Assembly (NCBI GenBank): GCA_965226435.1 | Contig: CBDDCY010000012.1 | Location: 903,006-967,005, forward strand | Reading direction: 5' to 3' | Source: Bryobacterales bacterium | Lineage (GTDB): Bacteria; Acidobacteriota; Terriglobia; Bryobacterales; UBA6623 | DNA length: 64,000 bases | In this document: positions 30,397-39,321 of the stretch, one piece after another | Position numbering within the stretch: position 1 is the stretch's first letter | How the letters are laid out: the number at the start of each line of letters is the position of its first letter | Translations under genes and position numbers: made by a program | The notes under the pieces: generated by a model | Database searches by the model: none | What the model was told of the DNA's origin: nothing | The model's input: the letters and a program-made list of their open reading frames with translations, nothing else

Positions 30397-31812
30397 CTAG
30401 GCCAGTAAGCCCTTGACAACGTGGCCGTGTACGTCGGTTAGGCGGCGGCCAATACCGTTGTGGTAGAAGGACAGTTTTTCGTGGTCGAGTCCCAAAAGGT
30501 GCAAGATCGTGGCGTGGAAGTCGTAGATCGTTACGGGGTGCTCGCCGGGGCGATAGCCTATTTCATCGGATGCCCCATAGGCAAAACCGGGCTTGAGGCC
30601 GGCGCCGGCCAACCAGCACGTAAAGACGTCCGGGTGGTGGTCGCGGCCCTTCTTGCCGGCGCCCTGCGCCACCGGAGTGCGGCCGAATTCGGTGACGCCC
30701 ATCACGGCGGTGTCGTCGAGCATTCCGCGAGCGTCGAGGTCCTTCAGTAGAGCCGCCACGGGCCGGTCGTACTCGGCGGCCATGTCGCCGTGATTGCCCA
30801 CAAGATTCCCGTGGGCGTCCCAATCATGGGAGGGGCCGCCGTGAAAGATTTGGACGAAGCGCACGCCTTGTTCGAGTAGGCGGCGAGCCAGTAGACAATT
30901 CTTCGCCAGAGGCGCGGTCGTTTCGTCCTCGATGCCGTAGAGGGCTCGTGTCGCCTCGCTCTCGCGGGCAAGGTCGGTGATCTCGGGAACGGTCAGCTGC
31001 ATGCGGGCGGCGATTTCATAGGAACGCAAACGGGCATCGAGAGCCGTATCGCCGGGATGTTCCCTTTGATACTTGCTGTTGATCTTGTTGACCCAGTCGA
31101 GCCCGGCGCGCCGCGAGGATGCCGAAACGCCCTTGGGCGTGGCCAGGTCGGGAACGGCTTCGCCGGAGGTCCGGAAGGCGGCCCCTTGGTGGGAGGCGGG
31201 TAGAAACGCGGATGACCAATTCAAAGATCCGCCCCAGGGCAGCGAGCGCGGATCGGGTAAGACGACGTAAGCGGGCAGATCTTGATTCTCGCTGCCAAGC
31301 CCATAGCTCACCCAGGCGCCCATGGCCGGAAAGCCGGTCAGCACGAAACCGGAGTTCATCTGCGCGATCGCGGGCATGTGATTCGCGCTCTTGGCGACCA
31401 TCGATCTAATGACGGTCAGCTTGTCGGCGCACGTCGCCAGGTTCGGCAACAGGTCGCTCACCCACAAACCGCTCTCGCCGCGCCGGTGAAAGGCGAAGGG
31501 ACTCTTGTACAGATTCCCGTTCTGGCCGAAGAAAGTTGAAATATCGAAGGATTGACCATCGCGGCGGTCGAGTTCCGGCTTGTGGTCGAAGGTGTCGAGG
31601 TGACTCATGCCGCCCACGGCGAAGACTTGCACAAGACGCTTGGCTCGGGGCGGAAAGTGAGGTTGCGGTGGTTGGGAGGAGCCGGCGCGAGCTTCTCGGG
31701 ACAGCAGATAGGACAGGGCGGTCGAGCCCAGACCGATCGATGTGTTGGAGAGGAAGCGACGTCGCGAGAGTGGGTCGGCGAGTGGAGGGCCGATGGTGTC
31801 GGCGCGTTTCAT
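30397..31812 (-). CDS. DUF1501 domain protein (Tat-exported)
   Basis: SRRRFL, GGMSHLDTFD.KP, GVRFVQ, WDAH, EFGRTP and GRDHH motifs. Confidence 0.9.
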   Translation of the reverse strand: MKRADTIGPPLADPLSRRRFLSNTSIGLGSTALSYLLSREARAGSSQPPQPHFPPRAKRLVQVFAVGGMSHLDTFDHKPELDRRDGQSFDISTFFGQNGNLYKSPFAFHRRGESGLWVSDLLPNLATCADKLTVIRSMVAKSANHMPAIAQMNSGFVLTGFPAMGAWVSYGLGSENQDLPAYVVLPDPRSLPWGGSLNWSSAFLPASHQGAAFRTSGEAVPDLATPKGVSASSRRAGLDWVNKINSKYQREHPGDTALDARLRSYEIAARMQLTVPEITDLARESEATRALYGIEDETTAPLAKNCLLARRLLEQGVRFVQIFHGGPSHDWDAHGNLVGNHGDMAAEYDRPVAALLKDLDARGMLDDTAVMGVTEFGRTPVAQGAGKKGRDHHPDVFTCWLAGAGLKPGFAYGASDEIGYRPGEHPVTIYDFHATILHLLGLDHEKLSFYHNGIGRRLTDVHGHVVKGLLA

Positions 31813-31931
31813 GGGACTACCGCTTGCCGGCCCGAAAACGCGGGTCCGCGACAAGGTGCTTCTACTGTACACGACCCGGGCCGGAGCAGGTGCCGGCGGG
31901 AGATGAATATGGTTTCGCGGCGGCTCGGGGA

Positions 31932-31992
31932 GTGACCGGCTGAGAGCCGGTCACGACGGTTGACTAGGACCGGCACGAGTGCCGGTCTCTAC
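31932..31992. repeat. REP doublet
   Basis: gtgaccggc-tgaga-gccggtcac and gaccggcac-ga-gtgccggtc-tctac palindromes; the first recurs at 34991. Confidence 0.7.
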
Positions 31993-32000
31993 CGGGCTGT

Positions 32001-32741
32001 TTACAGAGTCCGCAATCGGAATCCGCCGTCGACGTCGATCACCTGCCCGGTCGAGTAGTCGAGCAGACCGTCCGCGATGGCGCGGACGGCCTTGGCGACA
32101 TCTTCCACTTCGCCCATGCGCGGTTGGGGCAGCATTCCCTCGGCGATTAGTTTGTCGTACTTCGCCTTGACCGGGGAGATCATGTCGGTGTGGATAATGC
32201 CCGGCCGCACTTCAAACACAGTGATGCCGTCAGCGGCCAGGCGGTGGGCGAATAGGGTAGTTGCCATCGCCAGGCCGGCTTTCGAGATGCAATATTCACC
32301 ACGGCTTGGTGAAGACGTATAGGCGGACATGGATCCGATGAAGACGATTCGGCCCGCTTGCCGCTCGACCATCCAGCGGGCGGCGGCCTGGGTTAGAAAG
32401 TACGGGCCTTTCAGGTTGGCCGCCAAGACCTCGTCGTAGCTTTCCTCGGTTGCCTCGAGAATGTCGAGGCGCTGCCGGGGCCCCATGCCGGCGTTGTTGA
32501 CGAGAAAATCGAGCCGCCCGAATTTTTCGCGGCAAAACGCCAGCAAGTCCCGGCGGTCGTCACGCGACGCCATGTCGACACGAAAGATTTCGGCGCCGCA
32601 TTCCTGTTGCAAAGAGCGCGCCGTCTCCTCGCGGTTGCGATAGGTGGCGATGACATGGTGGGTCGCGGCCAGGTCTTTGGCGATGCCGCGGCCGATGCCG
32701 CGGCCGCCGCCGGTGACGATGGCGACGGGCCGGTCTTCCAT
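32001..32741 (-). CDS. SDR family oxidoreductase (3-ketoacyl-ACP reductase-like)
   Basis: TGGGRGIG, NNAG, YCISK and DGG motifs. Confidence 0.92.
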   Translation of the reverse strand: MEDRPVAIVTGGGRGIGRGIAKDLAATHHVIATYRNREETARSLQQECGAEIFRVDMASRDDRRDLLAFCREKFGRLDFLVNNAGMGPRQRLDILEATEESYDEVLAANLKGPYFLTQAAARWMVERQAGRIVFIGSMSAYTSSPSRGEYCISKAGLAMATTLFAHRLAADGITVFEVRPGIIHTDMISPVKAKYDKLIAEGMLPQPRMGEVEDVAKAVRAIADGLLDYSTGQVIDVDGGFRLRTL

Positions 32742-33055
32742 AACGGTGTTCTCCTCTTGCTCGGGGCGGGGTCGAGGACCGCCGCCGCTGTCAGCGAAGC
32801 TGCGGTTATTGTAGGACGATTGGGGATGGGGCCGAACCCTTGCGCGTAGCGGCGGGAAGTATGCGGTTGGAAGAGGGTGGGCCTGGCGACCTGCCCCACT
32901 TGGCGGGGCCGAGCTCGCGGAGAGTGGGCGTGGGTGGCGGCGGCTCGATTATGATGAGGTCTCCGCCGGGAGGCGCTTTCCAATTCACGGGTAGGCCGTT
33001 CTTGCGTTCCCCATCACCACTACGAAGCAACGAGCCGGATTCGGCTCCCATCCCC

Positions 33056-34975
33056 ATGCCGCGTCGCGTACAGGGCGGCGCCAATGGGGCTCGACAAGCG
33101 ACGGCCAAGCTGTACGGCGTGGAGAACTGGGGCTTCGACTATTTCTTTATTAACGAAGACGGTAATTTGGCGGTGGCCCCGAGCAAAGACCGCTCGCGCT
33201 CGATTGACATCTATCGCGTGGTTCGGGAGCTGACGCGGGCGCGCCAATCGACGCCGGCGCTGTTGCGATTCCCGCAGATTCTCGATGAGCGGATGTCGGC
33301 GCTGCATGAGGCGTTCGCGAACGCGATCAAGGAATTTCACTACGAAGGCCGACACCTGGCCGTGTATCCCACCAAGGTCAACCAAAAGGCCGGCGTGGTT
33401 CGGCGCTTGCTCGAAAGCGGCGCGGGCTATCAATACGGGCTCGAGGTGGGCAGCAAGGCCGAGTTGGCGGCGGCGTTGGCGTTGCCGTCGGAGCCCGGCG
33501 CGCTGGTGGTTTGTAACGGTCTGAAGGATGACCTCTTCTTGCGGGCCGCGGTGCTGGCGGAAAAGGTCGGCAAACGCGCGCTGATCGTGGTCGAGGACGC
33601 GGCCGACGCTCTCACGGCCATCGATATAGGAGAAAAATTCGGTGTGACGCCGCACCTGGGTATCCGCGTGAAGCTCTCGTCGCGAGGCAGTGGGAAGTGG
33701 GAGGAATCGGGCGGCGAGTTCGCGAAGTTCGGCATGAGCACGGTTGCGTTGGTCAACACCGTGCGGCTGCTCGAGCAGCAGGGCAAAACGGCGGCGTTCG
33801 AAATGCTGCATTTTCATATTGGCTCGCAAATCACCGACATCCGGCGCGCCAAGCAAGCCTTCAAGGAGGCCGCCCGCGTCTACGCCAAGGTGCGCAAGAT
33901 GGGCTGCGCGGTCGAGTACCTCAACGTCGGCGGCGGTCTCGGCGTCGATTACGACGGCAGCAAAACGGCGTCGGAATTTTCGACGAACTATTCAGTGCAG
34001 GAGTTCGCCAACGACATCATCTACACGGTCGGCGAAGTTTGCGACAACGAGGACGTGCCGGCGCCGACGATCGTCACCGAGAGCGGTCGCGCCATGGTGG
34101 CCTATCATTCGGTGCTCGTCACCGACGTCAAAAAGGTTATCGCGCCCGGCTCGGAGGGTTTTGACGTGGAGGAGTCGGTCGAGTCCGAGGCCGAGCCCGT
34201 CCTCGAACTGGTTGACCTGGCGCGAGACATCAACGCCAAGAATTTCCGCGAGTATTATCACGACGCCGTGCAGCAGCGCGAAGACCTCAATTCGCTCTTC
34301 GAACTCGGCTATCTCAACCTCGAGGACAAGGCCAAGGGAGAGTGGCTGTTTTGGACAGTGTGCCGTCGGGCGGCCAAGCTCTCGCGTGGGATGAAGCAAC
34401 GGCCCGAAGAGTTCGAGGAACTCGACCGGCTGCTTTCGGCCAAGTATATTTGCAATTTTTCGATGTTCCAGTCATTGCCGGATTTCTGGGCTTTCGATCA
34501 GTTGTTCCCGATCATGCCGATCCATCGGCTTGACGAGATGCCGACCGAGCGCGGCGTGCTGTGCGACGTGACGTGCGATTCCGACGGCGCGGTCGACAAG
34601 TTCGTCGATGCTCGACACCGCAAGGAATCACTCGAACTCCACGCCGTCCGCGAGGGCGAGCCCTATTACCTGGCGTTCCTGTTGCTGGGCGCCTACCAGG
34701 AGACGCTGGGCGACCTCCACAATCTCTTCGGCGTGGTCACCGAAGCCGGCATCACGGTCGGCGAGGACGGCGAGACGGCGATCGAGGAAGTCACGCGCGG
34801 AGACTCGGTTCGCGAAGTGCTCGAATACAGTGACTACGATACCGACGACTTGCGGGAAGCGATCGCGAAACAGCTTTCCGACCGCAAAGAACGCGGACTG
34901 ATTTCCGACGACGACGAGCATGAAGTGCTGGCGACGTTTTCGCGAGTGCTTGATGACTACACGTATCTGGAGTAG
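33056..34975 (+). CDS. speA: Biosynthetic arginine decarboxylase
   Basis: YPTKVNQ, GLEVGSKAEL, HFHIGSQ, GGGLGVDYDG, TCDSDG and GAYQE.LGDLHNLFG motifs. Confidence 0.96.
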   Translation: MPRRVQGGANGARQATAKLYGVENWGFDYFFINEDGNLAVAPSKDRSRSIDIYRVVRELTRARQSTPALLRFPQILDERMSALHEAFANAIKEFHYEGRHLAVYPTKVNQKAGVVRRLLESGAGYQYGLEVGSKAELAAALALPSEPGALVVCNGLKDDLFLRAAVLAEKVGKRALIVVEDAADALTAIDIGEKFGVTPHLGIRVKLSSRGSGKWEESGGEFAKFGMSTVALVNTVRLLEQQGKTAAFEMLHFHIGSQITDIRRAKQAFKEAARVYAKVRKMGCAVEYLNVGGGLGVDYDGSKTASEFSTNYSVQEFANDIIYTVGEVCDNEDVPAPTIVTESGRAMVAYHSVLVTDVKKVIAPGSEGFDVEESVESEAEPVLELVDLARDINAKNFREYYHDAVQQREDLNSLFELGYLNLEDKAKGEWLFWTVCRRAAKLSRGMKQRPEEFEELDRLLSAKYICNFSMFQSLPDFWAFDQLFPIMPIHRLDEMPTERGVLCDVTCDSDGAVDKFVDARHRKESLELHAVREGEPYYLAFLLLGAYQETLGDLHNLFGVVTEAGITVGEDGETAIEEVTRGDSVREVLEYSDYDTDDLREAIAKQLSDRKERGLISDDDEHEVLATFSRVLDDYTYLE

Positions 34976-34990
34976 AGGCTCGGCGGGGGG

Positions 34991-35016
34991 GTGACCGGCT
35001 AAGAGCCGGTCACGAC
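34991..35016. repeat. REP palindrome
   Basis: gtgaccggc-taaga-gccggtcacgac, one mismatch to the 31932 copy. Confidence 0.7.
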
Positions 35017-35089
35017 TGGGGCTGACCTGAAACCTCGATTGGGCGGGTTGAGGAATGGGCAGGCCTGGAGACCTGGCCCGCCGGGGCGC

Positions 35090-35287
35090 TCAGTCTTCCG
35101 AGGTCTCTTGTTGCGTGGATTCGAAAGTATCCACGGCGGCCTCGAAAGAGTCTTTGTCTTCCTCGCCGCGACGCCGCCTTCGGCGGGCTGTCTCTTCCCG
35201 ACGGTTGGCGATCCCCGAGCGCTCTCTCGCCGCGGGCGCGATTCGCTGAGTCGCCAGATCGTTATAGGCGTTGGAAATGAAACCCAT
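35090..35287 (-). CDS. Small charged hypothetical protein (65 aa)
   Basis: AGGGAGG RBS; basic block followed by acidic block. Confidence 0.5.
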   Translation of the reverse strand: MGFISNAYNDLATQRIAPAARERSGIANRREETARRRRRRGEEDKDSFEAAVDTFESTQQETSED

Positions 35288-35391
35288 GTGCGTATCCCTC
35301 CCTACTGATCAGATCGGCAGGGACCGCGCAAGGGTTCATCCGCGGCGGACGAAATTCGCATCAGCCTTAACCCGCTTCCGCGCGGGGGCGG

Positions 35392-35772
35392 CTATTCTTC
35401 CTCGAGAAACCGGTTCGGACTGACAAAGAACGAAATCGACAACGTCCCATTGGGTGAATGCGCCGTATGCCGGCTGCCGGCCGGCCGCCAAACATAATTG
35501 CCCGCCGTGGCCTCGCCTTCCCCATCGGCCAGGCTGCCTTCGAGTACGAAGGTTTGTTCGATTCCCGTGTGTTCGTGAAGCGGTAGTCGGGCGCCGGGCT
35601 TACAGCGAAACAGCATGGTCGCCAGGCCGGTTTCGGGGTCTTCCATGAGGGTCTTAACGTCGATCCCGGGAAATTTCGAGGGGATCCAAGGAAGATCGTC
35701 GACGGTGACGTAACGCGACGCCGACGCGGCAAGGTCGCCGTGGTTTTTCGCATGAGGCGTCCGTGCGGCCAT
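35392..35772 (-). CDS. ChrR-like cupin domain protein
   Basis: PGARLPLHEH..IEQTFVLEG and RPAGSRH motifs. Confidence 0.85.
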   Translation of the reverse strand: MAARTPHAKNHGDLAASASRYVTVDDLPWIPSKFPGIDVKTLMEDPETGLATMLFRCKPGARLPLHEHTGIEQTFVLEGSLADGEGEATAGNYVWRPAGSRHTAHSPNGTLSISFFVSPNRFLEEE

Positions 35773-35850
35773 GATGATTACGCTCCGAATTGTGTCTAGC
35801 GGCTGAGAACCGGTCGCCGGTCGCTTCACTGTCGCTACGTCACGCCGCCG

Positions 35851-36306
35851 CTACCGCTTTTGTGCGACCGGATCCCGTCCGTCCTTCGGCGCGCCGGTAC
35901 CCGAGGAACCCATAAAGAGCTTGTCGCCGTTGGGCAAGGTGAGATCGCGTCCGTTGGCCTTCATCGAGCCGTCTTTGGCCTGATAGCCGTCGACAACGAT
36001 CTCAGTTCCCGGCAAGAGAGATTTCTTCGTGAATCCGCGCCGGAACATCGTGTTCGGCGTGCCGCCTTCAATCATCCACGCGACGGTCTTGCCGTCCTCG
36101 CCCTTCACGTCGATATGGATCCAGGCATGAGGATTGATCCACTCCATCTTGGTGACGATTCCCTGAAGCTTGAGCGGCTTGTTGGCGTCGAACTCGGCCG
36201 AAAAGGCGTGGTGCGCCCACACCGGGAGGGCAACGGCTCCGAAAAGGACAACGGCCGCGGCCGCAATCCAAAAAGTATGTTGATCAGAGGCAGACTTCAT
36301 TCGCAT
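35851..36306 (-). CDS. DUF6152 family secreted protein
   Basis: Signal peptide ending VWA, then HHAFSAEFD, WINPH and W.IE motifs. Confidence 0.8.
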   Translation of the reverse strand: MRMKSASDQHTFWIAAAAVVLFGAVALPVWAHHAFSAEFDANKPLKLQGIVTKMEWINPHAWIHIDVKGEDGKTVAWMIEGGTPNTMFRRGFTKKSLLPGTEIVVDGYQAKDGSMKANGRDLTLPNGDKLFMGSSGTGAPKDGRDPVAQKR

Positions 36307-36394
36307 CGCGGTTTCCTCCGCCGGTTGACCGTAGTTTATCAATTTCCCGCCCGGAATCGCCCCATCGCGTTCTATCGCGAATGCGGTCGTGGTT

Positions 36395-37303
36395 TCACTC
36401 TTCCGGTTCAGCCTTGCTCGGTTTCTTCCGCAGGTGGCCGTACATCAGCTCCTCGGCAAACTCCACGCACTTGAACTCCAAAAGCTGAACGTTCTTTTCC
36501 AAGCGCCGATAGAGCGGCATGCCGACCTTCCAAGGACGCGTGAACACCTTGGGGTCCTCGATCTCAGCCTCGTACAGAATCGTGTTCGGGCCGATGGAAG
36601 TATAGCGCTCGACCACGCGCAACTGATCGCTGTGGAAATTCCCCGCGCGGTCAAACCAGGTGTCCGCCACGAAACTCGTTACGTCGACGACCAAGGTATC
36701 GCCCTCCCAGTGTCCGCGCGAGTGCCCCATCCAGGTATCGGCCGGACTTTCGAAATCCGGCCGGTTCATATAGACGACGCGCGTGGCGCTCGCGAACTCG
36801 TACGCCATCAGGATGTGCTCGGGCGTTTGCACGATCTGAAACGGGAACGGCATATAGTTGGCGCGCGGGACGCCGGGCATATAACACTTGACGACCGGAT
36901 CGAGCTTCCACCAATTTTCGCGGTTCTGTTTCTTTTTCTCCGCGGCCCACGGCTGATAGGGAATTTCGCCGCCGTCAACGATGCCCAGGCCCGCCGGGAT
37001 CGCCCCCAACGCGCCGAGCGCGACAATCGGCCCGGCCTGCGCCGCATGGCCTTCGACATCCCAGTAGGCCGTGCCCAGGGCTTGCCAGATGCCGTTCAGG
37101 TTGGGTTTGCCGTCGGGCGTCTGTTCGGCCTTGTAGGCCGCGGGTTCGGCCGCCGGCGACGGCCAAACCAGAGCCAAGGCGCCGACCAGCGCCAGGGCCG
37201 CTATTGCTTTTCCCCCCGCAATTGCGTTTCGCGCCGCCGCAATTGCGTTTTCCGCCGCAATTGCTTTTCCCGCCGCGATTGCGTTTCCCAATGACTTCTT
37301 CAT
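36395..37303 (-). CDS. Conserved secreted hypothetical protein (DUF6152-associated family)
   Basis: PDGKPNLNGIW, DP...C..PGVPR, GHSRGHWEGDTLVVD, HSDQL.VVERY, DPKVFT.PW and EFKC.E motifs. Confidence 0.8.
   Translation of the reverse strand: MKKSLGNAIAAGKAIAAENAIAAARNAIAGGKAIAALALVGALALVWPSPAAEPAAYKAEQTPDGKPNLNGIWQALGTAYWDVEGHAAQAGPIVALGALGAIPAGLGIVDGGEIPYQPWAAEKKKQNRENWWKLDPVVKCYMPGVPRANYMPFPFQIVQTPEHILMAYEFASATRVVYMNRPDFESPADTWMGHSRGHWEGDTLVVDVTSFVADTWFDRAGNFHSDQLRVVERYTSIGPNTILYEAEIEDPKVFTRPWKVGMPLYRRLEKNVQLLEFKCVEFAEELMYGHLRKKPSKAEPEE
37196..37288 (-). repeat. Five in-frame 18-21 bp repeats in the signal-peptide region
   Basis: Encodes NAIAAG-KAIAAE-NAIAAAR-NAIAGG-KAIAA. Confidence 0.85.
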
Positions 37304-37381
37304 CTGTTCTATCCCCCCTCGGGCTCTGCCCGCGCGGTATCGAAAGATTGGGTTTCTCCGGCTTGCCGAGCGGATGCGCCG

Positions 37382-37429
37382 ACGCTTACTGTTCAGTAAG
37401 CGTACACACTTGAGCTGTATGGATGTCAA
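37382..37429 (-). promoter_or_regulatory. Promoter with palindrome overlapping the -10 box
   Basis: TTGACA-19 nt-TACGCT on the minus strand; perfect IR acgcttactg-tt-cagtaagcgt at 37382-37403. Confidence 0.5.
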
Positions 37430-37601
37430 GTCGATTCGATCAGATGGCCGGTGTGCGCGGTGCCGGCTGACGCGTTGACGCTCCGGTAGCCATTCCTAAA
37501 GGCCCTTCGATAGAATGCCCTCAGGGGCAGTGGGCTCGGTCCCGGGGCGCAATTCCACAACGCGGGCTCCACGAAGAGTCCTCTTGCTTCGGCGGTTCGG
37601 C

Positions 37602-39164
37602 ATGCCGAAAAAGCTTCACCAGTTGATTTTCGAGTTGGCCGCGGCGGCCTGTCTGGCGGCGCTGACAGCTCAACCCGCCGTCGCCGCGCCCGACTCCGCC
37701 GACCAACTGCGACGTTCGGTTGAATTCATGCGCCAGGGCGACCTGAAATCGGCCGAGGAAGCGGTCCAGCCCGCTCTCCAAGACCCCGCCACGCAACCGG
37801 TTGCCTATGCTCTGCTGGGCTCGATTCGGCTCCAACAAAAAAAGTATCAAGAGGGCACCCAGCTGCTCGAGCGCGCCATCAAGGCCGACCCGCGACTCGT
37901 GGGCGCTCACCTCAGCCTGGCCCAAGCCTATGCCTTCCTCGGGAAAGTCGACCGCGCGGAAACCTTGTTTCGGCGCGTCCTCGAACTAGCCCCGGACAAC
38001 CAAAACGCACGGCTTGCCCTGGTGCGGATCGAGAGCAAGAAGGGGAATCATCGCCGCACGATCGAGTTGGCGCGCCCCGTCGAGAAGCAGTTGCGCGCCT
38101 CCCCCGACGGTCTTCTGCTGCTGGCCGAGGCCTTCGCGGGCGCCGCGGACCGCGAGGGGGCGCAAAGTCTGGTTCCCGACTGGCTGCGGCTCAGCGGCGT
38201 GCCCTCGGCATGGACGATCAAGTTCGCTCTCGCGCTTTCCGACGGTGGTTTGATCGACGAGCCGATCAAGATCCTCGAGAACGCCAAGAGCCAAGGACTG
38301 GCCTCCTACGAGCTGGCGTTCAATTTGGCGGGCCTCTATCTGCTCGCCGAAGACCTGCAACACGCCTCGGAAAACTACGAGTCAGCCTTGCAGTTCAACG
38401 ACCGCTCGCTCCCGGCGCTGCGCCAAACCGCCCGCATCGCCGAAAAGCAAGGCGAACTCGAAAAGGCCCTGTCATTCTTGATCCGCGCCAAGCTCGAAGC
38501 CCCCGACGACCCCGAGGTGCTCTTCGCCTTCGGGACAGTCAGTCTCAGGCTCGAGTTCATCGAAGACTCGACCGGCGCGCTCGAGAAGGCCGCCCGGCTG
38601 CGGCCCGACCACAAGCCGACTCGTTACTGGCTGGCGACCGCCCGCGGCGCCGCGCGCCGATACGACGAGGCCCTCGCGCTCTACCAGGCTTTGCTCGAGG
38701 AAAACCCGGAAGACCCTCAATTGAACTACGCCGTCGGGTCGGTGTTCTATTTGCAGGTCGCCTTCGACAAGGCGGAGAAGTATCTCAAGGAAAGCATCCG
38801 CCTCAATCCGGAGCAATTGCTTTCGCCTTTCTACCTAGCCATGTCCGCCCAAAAACAAGGAAATGCCGACGAAGCGATCCGGATGTTTCGGGAGATCCTC
38901 GAAGCCCACCCCGACCATGCTCCGTCCTATGAAGGCCTCGGCCGATCGTTGTTCAAACAACGGCATTACAAAGAAGCGCGCGCCCAATTTGAAAAGGCCA
39001 TCGAGTTGGTCCCCACATCCCCCACGGCCAATTATCAACTGGGGCAACTACTCGTGCGCATGGGCCTCCGCGAAGAAGCCAAGGAGCGTCTAGCGCTCGC
39101 CAAGGGATTGCGCGAAGAGGAGGAAAAAACGCAGTTGGTGAGAACACTCCTCAATCCCCACTAA
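37602..39164 (+). CDS. Secreted tetratricopeptide repeat protein
   Basis: Signal peptide and multiple TPR units (A...LG...A...P). Confidence 0.88.
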   Translation: MPKKLHQLIFELAAAACLAALTAQPAVAAPDSADQLRRSVEFMRQGDLKSAEEAVQPALQDPATQPVAYALLGSIRLQQKKYQEGTQLLERAIKADPRLVGAHLSLAQAYAFLGKVDRAETLFRRVLELAPDNQNARLALVRIESKKGNHRRTIELARPVEKQLRASPDGLLLLAEAFAGAADREGAQSLVPDWLRLSGVPSAWTIKFALALSDGGLIDEPIKILENAKSQGLASYELAFNLAGLYLLAEDLQHASENYESALQFNDRSLPALRQTARIAEKQGELEKALSFLIRAKLEAPDDPEVLFAFGTVSLRLEFIEDSTGALEKAARLRPDHKPTRYWLATARGAARRYDEALALYQALLEENPEDPQLNYAVGSVFYLQVAFDKAEKYLKESIRLNPEQLLSPFYLAMSAQKQGNADEAIRMFREILEAHPDHAPSYEGLGRSLFKQRHYKEARAQFEKAIELVPTSPTANYQLGQLLVRMGLREEAKERLALAKGLREEEEKTQLVRTLLNPH

Positions 39165-39321
39165 TACACCCCGAGGCCCATGCCGGCTATCGACTTCGGC
39201 CTTTCGGCGATCCGTTCGGAAGTAGGAAGGTTTTGTTGAGGCAAGGATCGGGCATCGCGAAAGCGCCGCCCGCTGCGCGAAATCCCTCTTGATTCCGGCG
39301 TTTTGTGTTACATCTGATGTC

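Noticed and set aside
37196-37288. Short repeats as a possible CRISPR array
   Set aside because: Contiguous, in-frame coding repeats with no spacers; no cas genes in the window.
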